DNA of 64,000 nucleotides from positions 14,374 through 78,373 of the forward strand of contig CALXMA010000004.1 in NCBI GenBank assembly GCA_944389345.1, read 5' to 3'. A program made the position numbers and the translations under genes. Source of the stretch: an uncultured Alphaproteobacteria bacterium (GTDB taxonomy: Bacteria; Pseudomonadota; Alphaproteobacteria; Rs-D84). Shown one piece after another: positions 17,776 to 26,502 of the stretch; position 1 is the stretch's first letter, and the number at the start of each line of letters is the position of its first letter. The notes beneath the pieces are model-generated. The model was not told the origin of the DNA. It made no database searches and worked only from the letters and a program-made list of their open reading frames with translations.

Positions 17776-18642
17776 ATGAGAGAGAAAGTAAAATCAGAAA
17801 AGGCAGTACGTGCACCACGTCGTCGCCGTGTGTGGCCGTGGGTGTTGGTTTTGTTAATTGTTGTATGTGGGTCTGGGGCCGTGATTCTGCATGAATTGGG
17901 GTATTTGAAATGGCGTGGAATAGATGCCGTAATAAATACCGTTATGCCGAATGACGAAAATATCAATATAGTGGCAACAGATGTTGCGGTTGCGCCCGTT
18001 GATACTGTCCAGGTCGCAGATGCGGAAAGTTCAGATATCGTTATTCGGCCCGCATGTGCCGTTATCGAAGACGCATTGTTGGCGCAAATCGTTGATGATG
18101 ATAACCCAGATTGGCAGGCACAATTTGATTCTTCGCGTGTGTATGCGACGTTGGCCCAGCGGGGATGTGCCCAAAATGCCAAGTTTTTCAGCGATATGTC
18201 TGTGCGTAAACAAACCATAGCCGAAGGATTGCGCGCGGTATATGACCAGGGCAGTGATGAAATGACGTCTGTTGAATATCTGTATTCAGATGAAAAAATA
18301 TGCCAGACAATCGAAAATCGTGTATTGCAAAATATAAACGTGAACGCGTATTCTTATGATGAATTCTTGCGCAATGCGAATACGTATTCTGTGTTGTATG
18401 AATATGGATGTCGCGATAATAAAATGGCGTATTCGCGGGCATCTATTCGTGAACTGGCAATCGCGTTGGCATTGGTGCCGGCAGACAAAATGACCCAAGA
18501 CGAAATCATAACGGTGATAGAGGTGTATAAACGTCTGGGCGCACCGACGTTGGCACATTTGGTTTTGCAACGCTTAAAGGCCCGCGGGTATGATATGGAT
18601 TTCTTGTTAAGCCTGGAAGATATCATTCATGGCATGCGATAG
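17776..18642 (+). CDS. Membrane-anchored extracytoplasmic protein with two Cys-bracketed repeat units (paralogue of gene A); gene D
   Basis: 288 aa. It has an Arg-rich N-terminus and a TM helix (RRRRVWPWVLVLLIVVCGSGAVIL). The two repeats are CAVIEDALLAQIVDDDNPDWQAQFDSSRVYATLAQRGCAQN and CQTIENRVLQNINVNAYSYDEFLRNANTYSVLYEYGCRDN. A GGAGGAG ribosome-binding site is present. Confidence 0.6.
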   Translation: MREKVKSEKAVRAPRRRRVWPWVLVLLIVVCGSGAVILHELGYLKWRGIDAVINTVMPNDENINIVATDVAVAPVDTVQVADAESSDIVIRPACAVIEDALLAQIVDDDNPDWQAQFDSSRVYATLAQRGCAQNAKFFSDMSVRKQTIAEGLRAVYDQGSDEMTSVEYLYSDEKICQTIENRVLQNINVNAYSYDEFLRNANTYSVLYEYGCRDNKMAYSRASIRELAIALALVPADKMTQDEIITVIEVYKRLGAPTLAHLVLQRLKARGYDMDFLLSLEDIIHGMR

Positions 18643-18657
18643 GTGTGTAATAAATAC

Positions 18658-18685
18658 TTGCGTTTGTCGAAAATTAGTATATAAT
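18658..18685 (+). promoter_or_regulatory. Sigma70-like promoter for tRNA-Gly
   Basis: TTGCGT (18658-18663), a 16-bp spacer, then TATAAT (18680-18685). The tRNA starts 20 bp downstream. Confidence 0.5.
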
Positions 18686-18704
18686 CACAGGGCTTTGATT
18701 TGTT

Positions 18705-18779
18705 GCGGGCATAGTACAAAGGCTAGTATGCAAGCCTTCCAAGCTTGAAATGCGGGTTCGATTCCCGCTGCCCGCACCA
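18705..18779 (+). tRNA. tRNA-Gly (anticodon TCC)
   Basis: GCGGGCATAGTACAAAGGCTAGTATGCAAGCCTTCCAAGCTTGAAATGCGGGTTCGATTCCCGCTGCCCGCACCA. The anticodon loop is CTTCCAA, the T-loop is the canonical TTCGATT, and CCA is encoded. Length is 75 nt. Confidence 0.85.
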
Positions 18780-18868
18780 GGAACAGGATAAGGTGCAGTT
18801 GAGTTGGGTAACCTTACGACGCAAACATCAACTCGTTGCTAATAACGCAACTCGTTGTGTTTTTATAC

Positions 18869-18893
18869 GCGCGGTTTCCCGCTGCCCGCACCA
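18869..18893 (+). repeat. Direct repeat of the 3' end of tRNA-Gly (truncated tRNA fragment), 114 bp downstream of the intact copy
   Basis: gcgcggTTTCCCGCTGCCCGCACCA at 18869-18893. Its 18-nt core TTCCCGCTGCCCGCACCA is identical to 18762-18779. This is the att-like duplication typical of integrase-mediated insertion at a tRNA 3' end. Confidence 0.7.
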
Positions 18894-18975
18894 AGGATTT
18901 TCACCGCAGCGAAGCAAGGGCTGAAAATCCATTGCCCACCGAAGCCGCTGGCGCAGGCGGGCGGAACACGAGATT

Positions 18976-19062
18976 GGGCGTGCGCCGGAGTTGGAGAGCC
19001 GGGGCAGACTGTAAATCTGTTGGCTTAAGCCTGAGGTGGTTCGAATCCACCCACTCCCACCA
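18976..19062 (+). tRNA. tRNA-Tyr (anticodon GTA), class II with long variable arm; possibly slightly aberrant
   Basis: GGGCGTGCGCCGGAGTTGGAGAGCCGGGGCAGACTGTAAATCTGTTGGCTTAAGCCTGAGGTGGTTCGAATCCACCCACTCCCACCA. The anticodon loop is CTGTAAA and the long variable arm is typical of Tyr. The T-loop is the canonical TTCGAAT and CCA is encoded. Two oddities are C rather than U at position 8 and a C4:U69 mismatch in the acceptor stem. Confidence 0.65.
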
Positions 19063-19305
19063 AAACACAAACCGACCGAATGGTCGGTTTTTGTTTTGTG
19101 ATGGGGTGGTGAGATGAGAACCACTGGTTCGACAATGAGTAGATTTGACAAGCACCGCGCGGTCAAATCGTTAGGAATGCCCCACAGCCGGCGTGATAAC
19201 GCCGTGCGAGGGAATCCACCCACTCCCACCAAAACACAAACCGACCGAATGGTCGGTTTTTGTTTTGTGATGGAGTGGTGAGATGAGAGCCACTGGTTTG
19301 CAATA
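19043..19305 (+). repeat. Two copies (19043-19136 and 19212-19305; ~94 bp, 3-4 mismatches) of a segment comprising the tRNA-Tyr 3' end + rho-independent terminator + ~45 bp; period 169 bp
   Basis: GAATCCACCCACTCCCACCAAAACACAAACCGACCGAATGGTCGGTTTTTGTTTTGTGATGG(G/A)GTGGTGAGATGAGA(A/G)CCACTGGTT occurs twice. The terminator hairpin is CCGACC-gaat-GGTCGG followed by TTTTT. The second copy lacks the 5' part of the tRNA, so it is an att-like scar or a tandem duplication. Confidence 0.7.
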
Positions 19306-19503
19306 TTTCAAACTAGTTTATTGTAAATACCCCAGTTTTGTAGTAAAATCCAGTAAAAGGATTATTTATGGCGTTATGACATTGGCGCGGGAAAAGGTGA
19401 GTGCTAAATCTGGTGCGTTGGTAAAGCAAAATTCAAATGAAATAGGGGACAGGTAATTGTAAATCCAATAAAACAATTACCACAGATTATAAAAACATCG
19501 CGT

Positions 19504-20038
19504 GTGGAGATGCGACAACTGGATGTGACACGTGAAAATGCAGAAATGATTTTTGATGCAATAAAAGATGAAAATTCATCTGATTTTTATTTTAATCCGA
19601 TTGGCGTTGATAATATTGTTCCAAAATCGGCCGATGAAGTATTGAAATTTATGCAACGTGAATCAGGTTGGACGGCGGATAATGGCGTCGCATTATACTT
19701 GTTTCAAAATAATAAATTTATTGGATATCGGCGGTTGTTTTTTTGATGGCGCGACGCGTACATTGCAAATGGCGACTGTATGGCTGATTCGTTCGGCGTG
19801 GGGACATGGGTTTGCGCGTGAAACGTCTGATGAAATAGAACGTATTGCGTTTGAAAAGTTGGGTGCCAATCGTATAACGCGACAATGTAGCAAGGATAAT
19901 GTGCGTTCAGCCAATTCAATAAAATCATCCGGATTTCATTTGGACGGTATCGCACGCCAAGGTGGTGTGTATCCAGATGGAAAATTATATGATAATATGA
20001 TGTGGTCTAAATTACGTTCGGAATATGTGACGAAATAG
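19504..20038 (+). pseudogene. GNAT-family N-acetyltransferase (RimJ/RimL-like) interrupted by a frameshift at a T7 homopolymer
   Basis: Two overlapping ORFs, 19504-19746 and 19658-20038, together reconstruct one GNAT fold. The upstream half ends ...LFQNNKFIGYRRLFF. The downstream half reads ...DGATRTLQMATVWLIRSAWGHGFARETSDE, which is the acetyl-CoA-binding motif region. The frames switch at GGTTGTTTTTTTGATGG around 19735-19746. Confidence 0.65.
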
Positions 20039-20144
20039 TTGTTTTTATGCGGGTTGTTGATGTGTGTAATGGTATACCCCCCCGTGGGGGATAAAATATC
20101 CGCACAGATTATTTATCTATGAATTTAACCGTGGGTAGGATTTT

Positions 20145-21752
20145 TTATTCTTCTATTTCCACGCTGTCGATGTATGTGCGGCCGACGGTTTCCAGGTTTA
20201 TTGGTTGAAAATCTGGCGATGTCATTACTGGGTCGCGATCGTCTTCGGGTAATATGATTATATTTTGTTCCTGGGTCGGTTGGGACGCCGGGGCGGTTAT
20301 ATGTGTGCCGTATGTTTCCGAACGGTATTTATCACGAAAACGCGCAGGAATATTTATATAATCGTCGGGGTTTATTCCCGGTGTTTCCAGTTCCATTGCG
20401 TCGGCTGGTTCTATTTTACGCTGTTCCAGGTTATAAATAGGGGTTAAGAAGTTTGTTGGCGCAGAACGTACAACCTGTGTCGTGCCGTCACCAGTTAATT
20501 GTACAATCTGTAATGCGCGTTCATTTTCGCCCGTGGGTTTTAATCTGTACAGACCAGATACGCCGGCATAACCACTGGGGTCCAGCAAGTATGATGCATC
20601 TGATTTTGTTGAATATATCATGCCCATTGCCATATTGGTGGCATCGTATCCAAATCCCGCCAGGTGGCCGGGGACTGTGCCAGACATCTGTTCGTACAGG
20701 TTAGAAAACGATGGTGATAGTTCCGGCAGTACCGCGTATTTTGCGCCCGCCATTGTGATGTCTGATACTATGTCAGATCCGTCCCATAATGCCGTTCCGT
20801 AAAAGCGTGCGTCGCGTGTATTCACGCCATAATAACGCAGGAACGATGCCAGGCTTTCTGTGTCGTCGCCGTTACCCAGAAACAGGACCGCGTCGTATGG
20901 TAAATCACCCAGTGTTTCCATTTTTGATAATCTGTCCAGTTGTACCGACAGAGATGATTTTTCAATCGCCCCCAGGTTTTCTTGGGTTAATATGTCGGAC
21001 AACACAGCACGTGCACGGTTATTTGCCTGGGTCCGGGCGTTGTTCATCGATGCGACATAGGTTGCGGATTTGATGGATTCTGAATCTGATTCCGTGTAAT
21101 AAAATATGCCAACAACAGGTATACCATACACGTCAGATGCACCAAGTGCGGTGCCCGCCATCAGACGGCCTGTTTCCGTGTCTGGGGCCAGGATAATAAA
21201 ATTCTGGATGCCATCAGATGACATTTCTTGGACGATTGTTTCAACGCTGTTTGTGGGCAACAGTGCCATTGACATTACGCCATCGCCAATCGCCGTTGCG
21301 TCCGATGTAAATGACAGTACCGGTAATGTTTCGGGTTTGGCATCGCGCAGGGTGCGGGCATCATTCGCAAAAACAGGGCCGATTATAACCTCAGGCTCGG
21401 TTATCAATACATTTGTCAATGTGGTTGGTAAATCAGATGCCGTGTCATAGAACGCAACCGACAGATTTCTTGGCGCGTTTTGTAATACCGCGATTTCCAC
21501 AGATGTTTGTATCGCGCGACCAACCGGCGCCAAATCACCAGACAAAGGCAACATAACGGCCATACGATGTACCGGCGCCCCCAGCAAATTATCTGATGGC
21601 GTTCCCGGTTGCATGTCAGGGGAACCGTATTGCATTTGTATCGGTGTTCCCGTTTGCAGTGTACCGTATTCTGTAAACCAACTGGTTTCGGGCTGGGATT
21701 CCACGCAACCCGCCAAAAATATCAATGTTAAAAATCCAAAAATCTTGTTCAT
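20145..21752 (-). CDS. lpoA: LpoA-like penicillin-binding-protein activator lipoprotein (LppC/YraM family; periplasmic-binding-protein-like fold)
   Basis: It is a lipoprotein with signal MNKIFGFLTLIFLAGC, and the start is moved to this Met. The arrangement is divergent from rsmI, as with yraL/yraM in E. coli. A Pro/Gln-rich linker is followed by a PBP type-1-like region (LAPVGRAIQTSVEIAVLQ). Confidence 0.6.
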   Translation of the reverse strand: MNKIFGFLTLIFLAGCVESQPETSWFTEYGTLQTGTPIQMQYGSPDMQPGTPSDNLLGAPVHRMAVMLPLSGDLAPVGRAIQTSVEIAVLQNAPRNLSVAFYDTASDLPTTLTNVLITEPEVIIGPVFANDARTLRDAKPETLPVLSFTSDATAIGDGVMSMALLPTNSVETIVQEMSSDGIQNFIILAPDTETGRLMAGTALGASDVYGIPVVGIFYYTESDSESIKSATYVASMNNARTQANNRARAVLSDILTQENLGAIEKSSLSVQLDRLSKMETLGDLPYDAVLFLGNGDDTESLASFLRYYGVNTRDARFYGTALWDGSDIVSDITMAGAKYAVLPELSPSFSNLYEQMSGTVPGHLAGFGYDATNMAMGMIYSTKSDASYLLDPSGYAGVSGLYRLKPTGENERALQIVQLTGDGTTQVVRSAPTNFLTPIYNLEQRKIEPADAMELETPGINPDDYINIPARFRDKYRSETYGTHITAPASQPTQEQNIIILPEDDRDPVMTSPDFQPINLETVGRTYIDSVEIEE

Positions 21753-21806
21753 ATACATTGAAAAATCCATTTTATTCTGTATCATTCTACTATAAAAGGA
21801 TTTGTA

Positions 21807-22607
21807 ATGCAATCTGGGCTTTATATTGTCGGAACGCCAATTGGAAACCTGGGGGATATGTCGCCCAGGTCCGTTGATGTATTGCGGAATGTCGATTTAA
21901 TTGCGGTCGAAGATACACGCGTTTTTGCCAAGTTGGCAACGCATTTCGATATTAAAACACCACGCGTTTCGTGTCATGAACATAATGAACGTGATGTTGT
22001 CCCAGATTTAATTCAAAAAATGCAGGCGGGGGCGTCAATCGCGGTTGCGACTGATGCGGGTATGCCGGGGGTCAGTGATCCTGGGTTTCGTTTGGTGCGT
22101 GCGTCGCGTGATGCGCATATTCCCGTATTTGTTGTGCCGGGGCCCGTCGCGGCGATTGCGGGGTTGGTATTGTCAGGATTCCCAACAGACAGGTTTACAT
22201 TCTGTGGCTTTTTTGATGAAAAAAAACTGCGCGATGATAATAAAATTCGTCATACGATTATTTATTATGAGAGTCCAAATCGTGTTATGGCGACAATTTC
22301 TGCAATGGCACGGGTTATGCCCGAACGCCAGATTGCCATAGTACGTGAAATTACCAAAATTCACGAAGAGGCTATCATCGGGTATCCCGCAGATTTGATG
22401 CATATAGAACCGCCACGTGGTGAAATTGTTATCGTTGTTGCACCCGCACCGGAACACAAAATGTCTGATGCGGAAATATCAGAAATTGTTAATGATATTG
22501 TCGCAGATGCGGGAACAAAAGAATCTGCGGCGGAACTGGCACGCAGAACAGGAATTTCCAGAAAAGAAGCGTACAGGCGAATATTGCACAAGGATGGTGA
22601 TGAATGA
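21807..22607 (+). CDS. rsmI: 16S rRNA (cytidine1402-2'-O)-methyltransferase RsmI
   Basis: It reads MQSGLYIVGTPIGNLGDMSPRSVDVLRNVDLIAVEDTR...ATDAGMPGVSDPG, the tetrapyrrole-methylase fold typical of RsmI. Confidence 0.88.
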   Translation: MQSGLYIVGTPIGNLGDMSPRSVDVLRNVDLIAVEDTRVFAKLATHFDIKTPRVSCHEHNERDVVPDLIQKMQAGASIAVATDAGMPGVSDPGFRLVRASRDAHIPVFVVPGPVAAIAGLVLSGFPTDRFTFCGFFDEKKLRDDNKIRHTIIYYESPNRVMATISAMARVMPERQIAIVREITKIHEEAIIGYPADLMHIEPPRGEIVIVVAPAPEHKMSDAEISEIVNDIVADAGTKESAAELARRTGISRKEAYRRILHKDGDE

Positions 22608-23158
22608 TTACGTTTGTTGGGGGATTTGAACGGGTCGCGGATTTACCCAATACGGCGTTCCCAGAATATGCGTTCGTCGGGCGCAGTAATGTTGGTAAAT
22701 CTTCGCTGATAAACGCAATAGTTGGGCGGGTGGTTGCACGTACGTCTAATACGCCGGGGCGTACGCAAACGCTGAATTTGTTTAATATTGACGACCGGGT
22801 TATGTTGGTTGATTTACCCGGATACGGGTATGCGCGGGTATCGCGCGATGATGCGATGCGGTGGTTGCGACGATTAGAAGAATATTTAATAACACGTCGT
22901 CAATTACGCAGATTATTTATATTGATAGATTCACGAATTGGTGCACGGGATTCTGATTTGGATTTAATGGATTTCTGTGATGCGAATGGAATTTCATATC
23001 AAATTGTTTATACCAAGAAAGATAAGCGGGTGCGTGAAAAATCACAATGTGTGTTGAATCATGAAAATCATCCGGCCATGATTCCAGAGATACTGGAAAC
23101 ATCCGCAGAAAAAAAAGTGGGATTGGAACCATTAAGGGCGATTATCGGTGTCAAATAA
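22604..23158 (+). CDS. engB: Ribosome biogenesis GTP-binding protein EngB/YihA
   Basis: It has EYAFVGRSNVGKSSLINAI (G1), DLPGYGYA (G3) and TKKD (G4). The start overlaps the rsmI stop (ATGA). Confidence 0.88.
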   Translation: MITFVGGFERVADLPNTAFPEYAFVGRSNVGKSSLINAIVGRVVARTSNTPGRTQTLNLFNIDDRVMLVDLPGYGYARVSRDDAMRWLRRLEEYLITRRQLRRLFILIDSRIGARDSDLDLMDFCDANGISYQIVYTKKDKRVREKSQCVLNHENHPAMIPEILETSAEKKVGLEPLRAIIGVK

Positions 23159-25667
23159 AAACGTTTTTTATGCAACAAACCCGGGACGCATGATTGATGC
23201 GCTGGGGCGGGTGTTGGATTCTGCGGGTGTGGAATTAAAAGACATGCTGATTTTTCTGCCCAGCAGACGTGCCGTGCGTTCCGTGGAACGATATCTGGTG
23301 AAACGCGCAGGGCACAGTATTATTTTACCACGGCTGGTTGCGTTGGGCGAAGGTGCGGACGATGCAGATGCGACGGATGTGGATGAAGAATGCATCGACG
23401 CGGTGTCTGATACGGAACGCGTGGCGGTGCTGGCCAAATTATTGGCCAAAGATTCTTTGGTTGGCGATGTTGCGTCTGGGTTGCCGTTGGCCCACGATTT
23501 ATTGCGTATGCAGGATTATCTGGAAAACGAAGGCGCGTGGGATAATAACAGGGACTGGACACAACTGGTCGATGAAAAATATGCTAATCATTTTCGGCAC
23601 AAGGCTGAATTATTAAACCTGTTGTCGCGGGTCCAGGCGGAAATTGTTGATAATCGTCCAACCCAGGCCCAGGTCAGAAATCGTGATATTCGGGCGTGGC
23701 GTGGGTTATTAGACAAGTATGGTTTGATTGTTGTTTGTGGGTCTACGGCCAGTGTGCCCGCAACCGCTGATTTGATGGTTGCCGTTGCGTCGCATCCGCG
23801 TGGACGGATAATATTGTCTGGGCATATTTCTGGGGATGTTGCGGATTTTGAATTGGATACAAATCCGTATAATTCCGAATATAAATTATTACAGCGTTTG
23901 GGTATGGCGCCCGGTGATGTTATACCAATCGATGCTGGGGACAGTGCCATAGAATTTATGAACTATGCATTCGGAAATAATCCAGAACGTTTGGGTGGTG
24001 GTGATGCGGTGGCGCATTGTCATTTGGTTGCATGTGCACGCGAAAGCGAAGAGGCCGACGTTGTTGCAGAAATCGCGCATCGTGCGGTGGCGGCGAATAA
24101 ATCTGTGTTGGTAATTACACCCGATGCCGCCGGAAATCAGCGTATTGCCGTTGCACTGGGGCGTCGGGGTATTGATGCGGATTTTTCTGGTGGGGTGCCC
24201 GGAAATATGACACGCGCGGGGCGTGCGCTGTTGAATTTATTTGACGCATGGGTTGATGCCGGGCGTGGCGATGATTTCGATAGAATATACGCAAAATCAG
24301 ATTACAATTTAATGCGTACAATCGAATATATTGTTGATGATGCCGGTTTGGATTTTTCGCCCAGTTTTGATATAGATGACGTGGCATCAATTCAGGTGTG
24401 GCGCGCGATAAAGAAATTGTCTGATTGTTTGGAACGCGAAAAAATCACACTGGATTTGGGCGATGCACGTGCGTTTTTGGCCGATGCGATTTCCAGAACC
24501 CAGGTTCGGAATGTGATGAAAGAAGATGCGTCTGTTATTGTTCTGGGGACCATAGAATCCAGAATGCAGGTTGCAGACGTGGTTATTCTGACCGGATTGA
24601 ATGACGGAATGTTTCCGGCGCGCGGATATGAAAATGCGTGGATTCCGTTGCGGGTCGCCCAAGAAATTGGTTTGCCGTCGCCCGACAGAAAGGTGTCTTT
24701 GCAATCGTTGGATTTTATGAATTTGTCTTGCTGTGGTGAAGTGTATTGGACGCGCAGTGAGGTTTCTGGTGGCGTTAAAACGACACCGTCGCGGTTCTTG
24801 TCACGTGTCAGTGTGCGGGGCGGGGCGTATGATAGTGATGTGGGGCATGATATTTTGCGGGCCGTTCGTGAACGCGATAATGTTGTCGCGGATCCATTGG
24901 ATAAATCGGCGCCAACGCCCGGGCCAGACTGGTCCAAGGTATATGTAACAGAACTGGAATATTTAACGCATAATCCGTATGCGTTCTATGTGCGTCATAT
25001 ATTACGGTTGCGTGTTTTGGATGATTACTGGGTTATGCCAGATGCACGAAAACTGGGGAATATTGTGCACAAGGTTATAGAAAACACACGTGATTTTGAT
25101 GCAACGCGTTTGGTCGCGGATATGCAGGTGTTGGCGCATGAAATATTGGCGCCAGACAGTGTGCTGTTTCATTTCTGGCGTCGGCGATTTGACAGAATGG
25201 CGCCTGTGATTGTTGATGCGATGAAAAATGTGCCAATCACGTCCAAGCCAGAATTAGAAGGCAGTGTCGAAATTGCCGGGCGACGTATCTGTGCAATCGC
25301 GGACAGGGTATGGGACGGTGGTGTGTTGGATATTAAAACGGGGGCCGCACCGTCCAGAGATAAAATGATTAAGGGGACTATGCCACAATTGCCGTTAGAA
25401 GCATATATCTTGCAACAGGGCGGGTTTCCAATAGAAACAACCGTTGCGTCGCAAACGCCACAGATTATGTTTGTTCAATTGCAAAACAAAAACGAAAAGA
25501 CAATCGTGTATTCTGTCGAAGATACCAGGGCAATGATAGATGGATGTGTTGAAAAAACAACCGAACTGGTCAATCAATATTCTGTTGGCCAGGCCCCATA
25601 TGAATATCATGAAACCCAGGATTCACGATACAAAATATACGATGATTTGGCACGCCAGGATGATTAA
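23148..25667 (+). CDS. AddB-like PD-(D/E)XK nuclease family protein (double-strand-break repair AddB homologue), no adjacent addA
   Basis: 839 aa. The N-terminus (MSNKNVFYATNPGRMIDALGRVL...MLIFLPSRRAVRSVERYL) resembles alphaproteobacterial AddB. The C-terminal nuclease motif reads ...ICAIADRVWDGGVLDIKTGAAPS..., which is D...(E/D)xK. Confidence 0.6.
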   Translation: MSNKNVFYATNPGRMIDALGRVLDSAGVELKDMLIFLPSRRAVRSVERYLVKRAGHSIILPRLVALGEGADDADATDVDEECIDAVSDTERVAVLAKLLAKDSLVGDVASGLPLAHDLLRMQDYLENEGAWDNNRDWTQLVDEKYANHFRHKAELLNLLSRVQAEIVDNRPTQAQVRNRDIRAWRGLLDKYGLIVVCGSTASVPATADLMVAVASHPRGRIILSGHISGDVADFELDTNPYNSEYKLLQRLGMAPGDVIPIDAGDSAIEFMNYAFGNNPERLGGGDAVAHCHLVACARESEEADVVAEIAHRAVAANKSVLVITPDAAGNQRIAVALGRRGIDADFSGGVPGNMTRAGRALLNLFDAWVDAGRGDDFDRIYAKSDYNLMRTIEYIVDDAGLDFSPSFDIDDVASIQVWRAIKKLSDCLEREKITLDLGDARAFLADAISRTQVRNVMKEDASVIVLGTIESRMQVADVVILTGLNDGMFPARGYENAWIPLRVAQEIGLPSPDRKVSLQSLDFMNLSCCGEVYWTRSEVSGGVKTTPSRFLSRVSVRGGAYDSDVGHDILRAVRERDNVVADPLDKSAPTPGPDWSKVYVTELEYLTHNPYAFYVRHILRLRVLDDYWVMPDARKLGNIVHKVIENTRDFDATRLVADMQVLAHEILAPDSVLFHFWRRRFDRMAPVIVDAMKNVPITSKPELEGSVEIAGRRICAIADRVWDGGVLDIKTGAAPSRDKMIKGTMPQLPLEAYILQQGGFPIETTVASQTPQIMFVQLQNKNEKTIVYSVEDTRAMIDGCVEKTTELVNQYSVGQAPYEYHETQDSRYKIYDDLARQDD

Positions 25668-26434
25668 TTTATATTAATCATTAATCCACAATGATCTGTT
25701 GGTTTTGGCGCCATGCGTGGTTCCATATCTATTTCGCATGCCGTTATGTTTTTCATTGCAGATGCGTTCGCCAGAAAATAGTCCAGGCGCAGACCTTGTT
25801 TCTTGCCGATTGTATCACCGCCACGGTATCCGTACCATGTGTAATCAATTGTATCGGGGTGCATTTTGCGCCATACGTCCGTCCACCCCATATCCAGCCA
25901 TGATTGCATTATTTTCCGTGCATCCGGGGCCACAATCGCAATGCCAACGTAATTTGCCGGTTTCCATACGTCTGCGTCGGTCAGTGCAACGTTAAAATCG
26001 CCACCAATAATTACAGATTCTGGGGAATTTGTATATTGAGAAATATGGTCCGTGAATGCGCGCATCCATTCCAGTTTGTATGGGAATTTCGGTGAATCAA
26101 CCGTGTCGCCGTTCGGCATATATACGTTTATAACGCGAATACGGCCGTCTATGACGCATTCGATAAAGCGTGCGTTCGGGTCTGAATAGTTGGGCAGGCC
26201 AATTGTTGTATCTTCGATAGAATATTTCGAAAATACGGCAACGCCGTTCCAACTTTTTTGGCCAAAAACCTTTACATTATATCCATATTCATCAAACAGG
26301 TTATGGGGAAAGTTAGCGTTTTCCACCTTTAATTCTTGGACCATGATGACATCGTATTCGCCGCCGCGCAAGATGTCGATGAAACTTTCCGCATGGGCGC
26401 GGATAGAATTGATATTAATTGTCAGTATTTTCAT
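25664..26434 (-). CDS. xthA: Exodeoxyribonuclease III (AP endonuclease, EEP family)
   Basis: It reads MKILTININSIRAH...VIMVQELK...GVAVFSKY...IGGDFNVA... and ends with a C-terminal ...DHCGLMININ. The start is moved to MKILTIN. It is convergent with the AddB-like gene. Confidence 0.9.
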   Translation of the reverse strand: MKILTININSIRAHAESFIDILRGGEYDVIMVQELKVENANFPHNLFDEYGYNVKVFGQKSWNGVAVFSKYSIEDTTIGLPNYSDPNARFIECVIDGRIRVINVYMPNGDTVDSPKFPYKLEWMRAFTDHISQYTNSPESVIIGGDFNVALTDADVWKPANYVGIAIVAPDARKIMQSWLDMGWTDVWRKMHPDTIDYTWYGYRGGDTIGKKQGLRLDYFLANASAMKNITACEIDMEPRMAPKPTDHCGLMININ

Positions 26435-26502
26435 ATTTGCATTCTTTTTTCCTGTGGATATAATAATTCCTGTCCAATATAAAAACAACAAGGAATTTTA
26501 TT

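Noticed and set aside
18945-19062. Possibility that the tRNA-like T-arm/CCA segment is the acceptor piece of a two-piece (permuted) tmRNA rather than tRNA-Tyr
   Set aside because: The element has a complete D-arm, a GUA anticodon arm and a long variable arm in normal tRNA order. There is no tag reading frame or pseudoknot signature nearby, so tRNA-Tyr is retained despite its oddities.
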